DNA of 62,394 bases, from positions 1 to 62,394 of IMG/VR virus record IMGVR_UViG_3300036805_000178; one strand, 5' to 3'. The notes beneath the pieces are model-generated. The model was not told the origin of the DNA and ran no database searches. It worked only from the letters and a program-made list of their open reading frames with translations. The first letter of the stretch is position 1, and each line of letters opens with the position of its first letter. Made by a program: the position numbers and the translations under genes. The DNA comes from a virus (taxonomy: Duplodnaviria; Caudoviricetes). Shown piece after piece: positions 55,005 through 62,394 of this stretch.

Positions 55005-55528
55005 CCAGTACCTTCGCCGAGCGGATCGACGAGCTCAGGGAGATGACCGGCAGCGGCCAGCGGCTGACCGGATCCGTCACGGTTGACCAGCGATATGCCC
55101 ATTTCCAGCACGAAAACGCCAACCTTCACCATCCAAGGGGCGGCGGCCCGTTCTACCTCCTGCGCCCGCTGATGGACCACTACCGCGACTACCTGGGCGA
55201 CTACGCGCGCACCGTGCTCACCGACGGCGGCCAGCCTGCCATGAAGCGCTCGGTGGAACACCTGTCCGACGAGGTGGAGCTGACCGCCCCTCGCGAATGG
55301 GGGGACCTGATGCGCAGCGGTCACCCGCAGGTGACGGTGGGGGAGCGGACCGTTTACGACCGGGAGCCGAAGGCCGCCCGGCTGACCGAGGAAGAACTGA
55401 AGGTCAAGAGCCGCGCGACCATGCGGCAGCGGCTCGCCGAGGGCCTGACGGTCTACTTCATGCGCGGCGGCAAGGTCATGGTGATCCCCGGCAAGAACGA
55501 GCCGCACGCGGCAAGGGGGCGGCTGTGA
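55001..55528 (+). CDS. Neck/tail completion protein
   Basis: VDQRYAHFQHE..LHHPRGG; AP.EWGDL..S. Confidence 0.65.
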   Translation: MTSTFAERIDELREMTGSGQRLTGSVTVDQRYAHFQHENANLHHPRGGGPFYLLRPLMDHYRDYLGDYARTVLTDGGQPAMKRSVEHLSDEVELTAPREWGDLMRSGHPQVTVGERTVYDREPKAARLTEEELKVKSRATMRQRLAEGLTVYFMRGGKVMVIPGKNEPHAARGRL

Positions 55529-55968
55529 GCAGCCTGTACCCGCCGCCGGCCCCGACGGTCAGCAAGACCCGGCTGCTGGCCGACTTCATCACCGGGCTCG
55601 GCTGGGATGTCACCCAGGAGACCGGGTACCCGCTGCTGCCCGGCCCGGAAATCCAGGTATCCCCGGACCGGATCGTGACCCTGACCCCGTCGGGCGGCCC
55701 CGGCTACGTGACGGAGGAGGCGGCGCTGGACGCGTGGGCGTTCCAGGCGCGGCTCCGCGGTCCCGCCAACGACCCGGACGCGGCGGAACTGGCGGCACAG
55801 CAGTTCGACTGGTACGTGCTGACGGCCCGCACCCCGCAGCCGGTCGACGGGGTGACGATCTCGAACATCGGCCGGCTCGGCGCCCCGCCGTCACCGCTGC
55901 CGCTTGACCCGGCTGACCGCCGGTTCGAGTTCACCTGCACTTACGTAATCACAACCGGAGGCGGCTGA
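55525..55968 (+). CDS. Tail terminator-like protein
   Basis: PDRIVTLTP.GG, FQARLRGP, RFEFTCTY. Confidence 0.7.
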   Translation: MSSLYPPPAPTVSKTRLLADFITGLGWDVTQETGYPLLPGPEIQVSPDRIVTLTPSGGPGYVTEEAALDAWAFQARLRGPANDPDAAELAAQQFDWYVLTARTPQPVDGVTISNIGRLGAPPSPLPLDPADRRFEFTCTYVITTGGG

Positions 55969-56456
55969 TGGCCCGCGTCACAATCCTGCCCTACAGCATC
56001 AACACCCAGGCGCTGGCCGGGCTCGGCATTGTCCAGGGCTCCGGTCCCGGATGCGACGCCACCGCAACCGGGACGGCCTTCGCCAGCTGGTCCAGCCTCG
56101 GGAGCCCGCTCGGCATCCAGTTCGTCAACAACGGCGCCCAGTTCCTGCTGGTGACGAACGGGGCTACCCCGACGGCGGCGAACGTGCTGGTGGGACGCAA
56201 GGGCGGCGGCGGGTTCCTGCCCGCCTACAACCAGGCCGCCACCACCGTCACTATCGGGGCGTCTGTCACCATGCCGATCCCCATCGGGCCTTTCTCCGTC
56301 CAGGACTACACGCAGGAAGACGCCTCCCAGTACGGCGGCAGCACGGCACCAGGCGGCGTCATCGGCACCGCGGGGGTCGGCAAGGTCTGCATCGACTTCA
56401 CCAACACCACGACGCTCGCCGTGCGCCTCTACCAGCTCATTCCGGCGATTCCGTAA
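55968..56456 (+). CDS. Hypothetical structural protein
   Basis: FVNNG.QFLLVTNG; IGPF; tail module position. Confidence 0.65.
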   Translation: MARVTILPYSINTQALAGLGIVQGSGPGCDATATGTAFASWSSLGSPLGIQFVNNGAQFLLVTNGATPTAANVLVGRKGGGGFLPAYNQAATTVTIGASVTMPIPIGPFSVQDYTQEDASQYGGSTAPGGVIGTAGVGKVCIDFTNTTTLAVRLYQLIPAIP

Positions 56457-56471
56457 GAGAGGCCCCGAGTC

Positions 56472-56840
56472 GTGACAGACCAGCCGTCCACCCCCCCGCC
56501 GGTGCCGTCCCCGTCCTCGGCCGGCGGTGCGCAGAAGACCGTCCCGGAACCGACCCCGGTGATCAGGCCCTCATCCGGTCAGGTGCAGTCCGCGCCTGCC
56601 CCGGATGACGACTCCCCGGGCGGGCGGGTAGCGCGGCTGCGCGCCGAGCTCGCCGAGGCCGAGGCGGCGGCCCCGGCGCAACCAGGCACCACCCGCGTCA
56701 AGGTCGAGGGCCCGCACGAGTCCTTCACCGTCGCCGGGATCACCGTGGGCACGGACTTCGCCCCGGTCTCCGATTCGCTGCTCACTTCATTCATGCGTGC
56801 CGCCCGCGAGGCCGGCGTCGCCCTGACCACGGAGGGATAG
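56472..56840 (+). CDS. Hypothetical protein
   Basis: AGAGG RBS, in tail operon. Confidence 0.6.
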   Translation: MTDQPSTPPPVPSPSSAGGAQKTVPEPTPVIRPSSGQVQSAPAPDDDSPGGRVARLRAELAEAEAAAPAQPGTTRVKVEGPHESFTVAGITVGTDFAPVSDSLLTSFMRAAREAGVALTTEG

Positions 56841-56844
56841 GGAC

Positions 56845-57462
56845 ATGCCGACCCTGACTTACGCGCCGCCCGCCTACGGAACCACCGATGTCCTGTTCGG
56901 GACCGGCATCCTGTTCACTGCCCCCAATCCCTCGGCCGGAGTCGGGGCAACGGTCCCGTCGGATGCGAACCTCGGTGTCGGCTCCGCGTGGCTCGGACTC
57001 GGCTGGTCCTACGTCGGCGCGACCGAGGCCGGGGTGACGCAGACCTACAACCCGACCACGCAGAACATCAACATCGAGGAGCAGCCGACCCCGGTCGGTG
57101 TTGCCGTTTCCACCGCGACACTGCAGTTCACCGCGAACCTGTCCGAGGAAACGCTGAATACCATCAACCTGTCGTACGGCAACAGCGGGTCTATCGCCAC
57201 CACCGCGGCCGGGGCCGGCCAGCCCGCCAAGTCGGTGCTCACCCTCTCGACCACCTTCGCGACCCTGTCGGCCGCCCTGATCGCCCAGAACGCGAACGGG
57301 TACGCCACCGTGCTCTACATCCCCGAGATGATCTCCGCCGGGCAGGTGCAGACCGCGTTCCGCCGCGCCGCCCAGCAGCGGCTCTACCCCCTCACCCTGA
57401 GCGCGATCTGCCCGTTCAACTCCATCTCGTTCACCGAGCTCACCGCACCGGCCACCTCCTAG
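56845..57462 (+). CDS. Major tail tube protein
   Basis: VLFGTGILFTAP, W.YVGATEAGV...Y.P, L.E.TL; precedes the tail chaperone and tape measure. Confidence 0.8.
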   Translation: MPTLTYAPPAYGTTDVLFGTGILFTAPNPSAGVGATVPSDANLGVGSAWLGLGWSYVGATEAGVTQTYNPTTQNINIEEQPTPVGVAVSTATLQFTANLSEETLNTINLSYGNSGSIATTAAGAGQPAKSVLTLSTTFATLSAALIAQNANGYATVLYIPEMISAGQVQTAFRRAAQQRLYPLTLSAICPFNSISFTELTAPATS

Positions 57463-57471
57463 GAGCCCCGA

Positions 57472-57906
57472 TTGGCAGCATTCAACGCCGCGACCGTCGT
57501 CGAGGCCCTCGACTGGACGTTCGAGCCGTTCGTCCACGCCAGCGGGCAGATCAGGGAGCCGGCTGATGAGCAGATCACCGCCTACCTGACCGCCGTTAAG
57601 GCGCTGATGGCCGAGGTCAGGCAGGAGGTGCCGGCCCTGCCCGACGGCAGCAGCGACCCGGCGGACCTCATCGCCGCCCTCGACGACCTCGACCCGGAAA
57701 GCATGCAGAAGCTGAACGGGAAGATGGCCGCCATCTACGCGGACCTGTGCTCCGGTGACCCGTCGGCCGAGCAGATCCTGGGGCTCCCGCCGCGCCGCCG
57801 GACCATGTTCTTCGGCTGGCTGCAGCAGGAGGTGATGTCCCCGGAAGCCGCACCCGGCGGTGGGAGCGCGCAGGTGAAGACCCTGCGGTCCGCAGCCGCC
57901 GGGTAA
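57472..57906 (+). CDS. Tail assembly chaperone (G)
   Basis: Position; ends SPEA near the putative slippery site. Confidence 0.75.
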   Translation: MAAFNAATVVEALDWTFEPFVHASGQIREPADEQITAYLTAVKALMAEVRQEVPALPDGSSDPADLIAALDDLDPESMQKLNGKMAAIYADLCSGDPSAEQILGLPPRRRTMFFGWLQQEVMSPEAAPGGGSAQVKTLRSAAAG

Positions 57907-58172
57907 TCCTCTACGTCGCCCAGCGGTACCTGAACCTGTCCGCGGAGCGGTGGAACGCCCTGAGTTGGGATCTGCAGGAGACGTACCTGGACGGCCTGGC
58001 GGCCGACCCGGAGGTGGCGTTCAGCCGGGAGGCGGCGCCGGCCGGGGAACGCAGGCCCGAGGCGGCGGCGGGTGCGGTGCACCGGAGGGCGGAGACGGGC
58101 GCGCAGGTGCTGGACATCAGGGACATGATCGCGGAGCTGGAGGCGAATCCGGCCGCACGTAAGCGCATGTAG
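57840..58172 (+). CDS. Tail assembly chaperone extension (T) reached by -1 frameshift, candidate site C CCG GAA 57840-57846
   Basis: -1 frame open to TAG 58170 (ILYVAQRYLNLS.E.W..L.W); no independent SD-led start seen. Confidence 0.65.
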   Translation, partial: PGSRTRRWERAGEDPAVRSRRVILYVAQRYLNLSAERWNALSWDLQETYLDGLAADPEVAFSREAAPAGERRPEAAAGAVHRRAETGAQVLDIRDMIAELEANPAARKRM

Positions 58173-58189
58173 AGGGGAGGTGAACCGAA

Positions 58190-61100
58190 ATAGCGTTCGA
58201 TGCGGGCGCCATCGAGAGCCGCCTCACGATCGACACGTCGGCTTTCGACCGTGACCTGGATGCGGCAAAGGCAAAGGTTGATGCCTTCAGCAAAGACGGT
58301 CATCAGGTAAAGATCTCCGCCGTCTTCGATTCCGCGTCGCTGTCGAAAGCCACGAGCATGTTCGCGCAGCTCGACAACGCGATCTCCAAGGACGCGATGA
58401 ACCGCCTGCGGTCCTCCCCGCAGGGGTCGGTCCTCGGCTCGCTGAACGCCCTGTTCTCCCCGCACCCGGTGACCGGCGCCCCGTCCCCGTCGCAGTCCTC
58501 GCAGCAGGGGCTGCTCGGGCAGATGGTCAACGGCCCGTCCGGGAGCACCGGGGCCGGGGGCGGTGCCGCCAGCAGCAGCACGAGTCCGCTCGGCAGCGTC
58601 CTGGCGCAGAACGCTAACACCACCGACAACATCCGCCAGAACCTTGTCGGCACGGGCCCGGCTGACGCGAACACCACCGACACCATCGCGCAGAAACTGA
58701 CCGGCACCGGCGCGCAGGATGTCACCACCACCGACACGATCCGGCAGAACGTGACGGGCGCGGGCCCGAAAGACACCACGACCACCGACACGGTCAAGGA
58801 GAAACTCGACCCGGCGTCGGCCGCCAAGACAGAAAGCGACTCCGGGGCCAGCGGCGGCCGGTCCGGCGCGTCGTTCAGCTCGATGTTCACCAGCCACATC
58901 AAGAACCTGCTGCCCAAGTCGGCGACCGACACCGCGGAGAAGGCGGCCGGGGACTCGGGGAACAAGTCGGGTGCCAACATGGGCAAGGGGCTGCTGGCCG
59001 GCATCGGCCCCGGCATCCTCGGCATCGGCCTGAAGATGAGCAGCATCGTCGGCCTGGGCGGGGCGGCCCTGGGCGCGCTGCCGGCCGTGGCCGGGCTGGC
59101 CGGGACCGGCATGGGGGTCGCCCTGATCGGCGGGATCACCGCCGTCGTCACCAAGGGAGCCATCAGCGCGGTACAGCCTGCGGTCACGGCATTCCAGGCG
59201 CTCCAGAACGCAGCCCCGGGGGCCGCCCAGGTTACCGCGCTGAAGAACTACCAGGCGGCACTTGCACAGCTCACCCCCGCGCAGAAATCGCTCGCCACGT
59301 CCCTGGAGGGCATGCAGGGTGCCTGGCAGAACTTCATTAAGTCGAACACGGCCGGGGTATCGCAGATTCTCAGCGGCGGCATGGGGCTGCTGCCCGGCAG
59401 CCTCTCGTCGATGTCCGGGGTGTTCCAGGCAGTCGTCCCGCAGATGGCATCGGTCTTCCGGAGCCTCGACGGGGTGATCCAGGGGGTCCTCAGCGTAGCG
59501 AAGACCGCCGTCCCCGCGTTCGCGCCGTTCATCAACGCGATCCTCGGCCTTGTCACCAACATCCTGCCCGGCATCAACACCGTCATCAAGGCCACCATCC
59601 CGTTTATCGGCCAGTTTTCCGCGACCCTGGGCACGCTCGGCAAGGACCTGGGCGGCCTGTTCGCCACGGCCGCCCCCGCCATCGGCGCGTCAATGAAAAT
59701 CCTCACCGACCTGCTCGGGCTGATCGGCGGGCTGCTGCCGGTCGTCATGAAACTCGCGGACGTCTTCGCGACCGCCCTGGCCCCCGTGTTCACCGCGTTC
59801 GGGCAGACCATCGTGGCCCTGGAGCCGGCGCTGCTCCTGGTCGGCGGCGTCATCTCCTCCCTTGCCGGGGCCATCATCGGCGACCTGGTGGCCGCGTTCA
59901 GTGCGCTGGCCACCCTGGCCAAGGCCGCCGCACCCGGGCTGAACACCCTCGCGAAGGCGCTCGGCGGCGTGTTCACCACCCTGGAGAACTCCGGGGTGTT
60001 CGCGATCCTCGGCGACGCCCTGGAGAACCTGGCCGGGCCGCTCGGCAAACTCATCTCGTCCCTGGCAACCGACCTCGCCCCCGTCCTGCCGCAGGTCGTC
60101 AGCCTGATCGCCCAGCTCGCCGGCATCATCACCAGTACGCTGACCCAGGCCATCGGGGCGATCCTCCCGCCGCTGACGAGGCTCGCCGGGGCGGTCCTCG
60201 GCGCGGTCGTGGCGGTCATGCCGCAGATCGTCAAGGCGATCCTCGCCCTGGCGCAGGCACTGCTGTCCCCCGGCATGATCACCGCCGTCACCGACCTCGT
60301 CACGCAGCTCGCGGACCTCATCGCCAAGGTCGCGCCGTCGGTCATCACGACGATCGCCGCCGCGGTCCTCGCCATCGTGCAGGCGATCCCGACCGGCGCC
60401 GTCGTCAGCGTGCTGGCCTCGATGGTCGAGGCCCTGGCGAACCTGATCGCCAAGGTCCCCGCGTCGGTCCTGACCGCCATCGCCCTGGGCGCCCTGGCCA
60501 TCGCCGCGGCCGTGAAAATCTGGGCCGTCGCCCAGGCGATCCTGAACATCGCACTGGACGCCAACCCGGTCGTGCTCCTCGGCGTGGCCATCGCCGGACT
60601 CGCGGTCGGCATCACCGAACTGGTCACCCACTGGTCCGCGGTCTGGGCCGCCATCAAGTCGGCCGCCGCCGACGCCTGGAACTTCATCTGGGGCGGCATC
60701 GGGAAGTACCTGCTGCCGCTGCTCGGCCCGGCCGGCCTGATCGCCCTGGGGGTGATCGAGCTGGCGCAGCACTGGACCCAGATCTGGGGCGGCATCAGGA
60801 CCGTCGTCAGCGGGGTGCTGACGTGGCTGACGACGGTGTTCGGAACCGACCTGTCCGGGTTCTTCACCAAGACGGTCCCCGGCTGGCTGAGTGCGGCCGC
60901 GGGGTTCTTCACCAGCAAGTTCGCCGCCCCGGTGGAGAACGGTCTGAAGGCCGCACTGACCTGGATCGGCGCCAACTTCGTCACCCCGGTCGGCAACTTC
61001 TTCACCAAGACGATCCCCGGCTACTGGACCGCGGCGATCGCGTTCCTGAAGTCCGACTTCGTCACCCCGGTGGAGAACAGCCTGAAGGCGGTGTGGAGCT

Positions 61101-62394
61101 GGATCGGCGCCAACTTCGGGGCCCCGGTCAACACGTTTTTCACCAAGACCCTGCCCGGTTACTGGACCAGCGCCATCGGCTTCCTGGGATCGAAGTTCGT
61201 TACCCCGGCCGAAAACGACCTCAAGGCCGTGTGGAGCTGGATCCAGGCCAACTTCGGGGCGCCGGTGAACAACTTCTTCACCAAGACGCTGCCCGGCTAC
61301 TGGACCTCGGCAATCAGCTTCCTCGGGTCAAAGTTCGTTACGCCGTTCCAGAACGCCCTGAAGGGCGCCTACACCTGGGTCGTCAAGAACGTCGCCGACC
61401 CGATCCAGACGCTGTTCACCAAGACCCTGCCCGGCTGGTTCCAGACCGCGGTCAGTGACATCGGCAAGTTCTGGAAGGGCGTCGAGAGCATCGTCCAGAC
61501 GCCGGTCAAGTTCGTGGTCAACAGCGTCCTGAACCCGATCGGGCAGACGTTCGACGCCATCACCAGTGCGCTCGGCCTCGGAAAGCCCATCCCCGCGCTG
61601 AAGATGGCCGGCGGCGGGCTGCTGCCCGGCTACGGCGGCGGCGACACCGTGCCCGCCCTCCTCGAGCCAGGGGAGACCGTTGTTGACAAGGACAAAAGCA
61701 AGCTGCTGGCGGGGATCTTCAAGGCGGCCGGCGTCCCCGGCTACGCGGCCGGCGGGATCATCCCCAGCTGGCTCAGCACCGCCCTCGGCGGACTGATCCC
61801 CGGGGCAGTGCCGGCGGTGACCGGCCTGCCCAGCGGCGGCCTGGCCGCCGTGCTGGACAAGCTCGGCAAGTTCCTCGGGCTGGGCACCGGCGGGGCCGGC
61901 GGGGACGTGAAAAGCATCCTCGCCGCCATGGGCAAGCAGACGGTCAGCGACGTGATGTCCTGGCTGACCGGCAAGACCGCCGCGGCCTCCGGATCGTCAG
62001 TCCCGGGGGGCACGGCCGGGGCCGGGGTGCAGCAGTGGAAAGGCGTCGTCGACCAGGCCCTGAAGATGCTGGGCCTGCCCGCGTCGCTAGAGGCCCAGGT
62101 GCTTTACCAGATGCAAACAGAATCCGGCGGAAATCCGAACGCCATCAACCTCACCGACAGCAACGCCGCGGCCGGTGACCCGTCCAGGGGCCTCCTGCAG
62201 ACCATCATGACCACGTTCCAGGCGTACCACGTGCCCGGGACCAGCGGCAACATCTACGACCCGCTCGCGAACGTGGCTGCCGCGATCAACTACGCCGAGC
62301 ACGTGTACGGGCCGACCCTGATGTCCGGCGGCATGGGCATGGGCTCCGGGCACGGGTACGGCAACGGCGGCACGGTCACCGAGCCGGTGCTCGG
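58190..62394 (+). CDS. Tape measure protein with C-terminal lytic transglycosylase (runs off right edge; apparent ATA start)
   Basis: Same frame at both ends; ANP.VL, GGGD.VPALLEPGE.V; TESGGNPNAINL.DSNA..G.PSRGLLQ...YDPLAN. Confidence 0.9.
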   Translation, partial: MAFDAGAIESRLTIDTSAFDRDLDAAKAKVDAFSKDGHQVKISAVFDSASLSKATSMFAQLDNAISKDAMNRLRSSPQGSVLGSLNALFSPHPVTGAPSPSQSSQQGLLGQMVNGPSGSTGAGGGAASSSTSPLGSVLAQNANTTDNIRQNLVGTGPADANTTDTIAQKLTGTGAQDVTTTDTIRQNVTGAGPKDTTTTDTVKEKLDPASAAKTESDSGASGGRSGASFSSMFTSHIKNLLPKSATDTAEKAAGDSGNKSGANMGKGLLAGIGPGILGIGLKMSSIVGLGGAALGALPAVAGLAGTGMGVALIGGITAVVTKGAISAVQPAVTAFQALQNAAPGAAQVTALKNYQAALAQLTPAQKSLATSLEGMQGAWQNFIKSNTAGVSQILSGGMGLLPGSLSSMSGVFQAVVPQMASVFRSLDGVIQGVLSVAKTAVPAFAPFINAILGLVTNILPGINTVIKATIPFIGQFSATLGTLGKDLGGLFATAAPAIGASMKILTDLLGLIGGLLPVVMKLADVFATALAPVFTAFGQTIVALEPALLLVGGVISSLAGAIIGDLVAAFSALATLAKAAAPGLNTLAKALGGVFTTLENSGVFAILGDALENLAGPLGKLISSLATDLAPVLPQVVSLIAQLAGIITSTLTQAIGAILPPLTRLAGAVLGAVVAVMPQIVKAILALAQALLSPGMITAVTDLVTQLADLIAKVAPSVITTIAAAVLAIVQAIPTGAVVSVLASMVEALANLIAKVPASVLTAIALGALAIAAAVKIWAVAQAILNIALDANPVVLLGVAIAGLAVGITELVTHWSAVWAAIKSAAADAWNFIWGGIGKYLLPLLGPAGLIALGVIELAQHWTQIWGGIRTVVSGVLTWLTTVFGTDLSGFFTKTVPGWLSAAAGFFTSKFAAPVENGLKAALTWIGANFVTPVGNFFTKTIPGYWTAAIAFLKSDFVTPVENSLKAVWSWIGANFGAPVNTFFTKTLPGYWTSAIGFLGSKFVTPAENDLKAVWSWIQANFGAPVNNFFTKTLPGYWTSAISFLGSKFVTPFQNALKGAYTWVVKNVADPIQTLFTKTLPGWFQTAVSDIGKFWKGVESIVQTPVKFVVNSVLNPIGQTFDAITSALGLGKPIPALKMAGGGLLPGYGGGDTVPALLEPGETVVDKDKSKLLAGIFKAAGVPGYAAGGIIPSWLSTALGGLIPGAVPAVTGLPSGGLAAVLDKLGKFLGLGTGGAGGDVKSILAAMGKQTVSDVMSWLTGKTAAASGSSVPGGTAGAGVQQWKGVVDQALKMLGLPASLEAQVLYQMQTESGGNPNAINLTDSNAAAGDPSRGLLQTIMTTFQAYHVPGTSGNIYDPLANVAAAINYAEHVYGPTLMSGGMGMGSGHGYGNGGTVTEPVL
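60860..61445 (+). repeat. 138-nt (46-aa) tandem repeats in the tape measure gene
   Basis: FFTKT(V/I/L)PG(W/Y) recurs near 60860, 60998, 61136, 61274 and 61412. Confidence 0.85.

Noticed and set aside
43565-61008. Long antisense ORFs (e.g. 43565-45739, 48410-49927, 59248-61008) and similar ones elsewhere
   Set aside because: Shadow frames of high-GC3 genes on the opposite strand, with no motifs
1-62394. CRISPR array, tRNA/rRNA genes, integrase, transposase
   Set aside because: No repeat-spacer periodicity, cloverleaf or recombinase/transposase motifs recognised by eye; an integrase may lie outside the window

Overview
About 62 kb of a high-GC (~70%) actinomycete tailed (siphovirus-like) phage or prophage, open at both ends. 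Left to right: a leftward early/recombination operon (C5 DNA methyltransferase, RusA-like resolvase, HNH, gp3/RDF-like protein, PD-(D/E)XK exonuclease); a cro/repressor switch; accessory genes (GntR, GIY-YIG-GntR, Ltp); a replication initiator; an XRE-DUF5753/DUF6879 regulatory trio divergent from an AICE/plasmid-like transfer operon (WhiB, Spd-like membrane proteins, TraA-like, FtsK/TraB, DUF2637); an inverted lysis cassette; RHH-led accessory genes including a minimal K+ channel; then terminase, portal, MuF, modular head-cargo proteins with an ADP-ribosyltransferase, Mu-like protease/scaffold, capsid, neck, tail and tape measure. No integrase, tRNA, rRNA or CRISPR array was seen. The strongest novelty candidate is the portal gene. 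Its 5' part is broken by two micro-gaps (4 nt and 8 nt), each starting with an in-frame rare TTA codon and ending in a matching or near-matching landing codon, which suggests tandem UUA-triggered translational bypassing. Also notable are a conjugal-transfer module inside a virion-encoding genome, and head-cargo polyproteins divided by a repeated WDD..VEL motif. All family assignments come from motif recognition by eye, not database searches.
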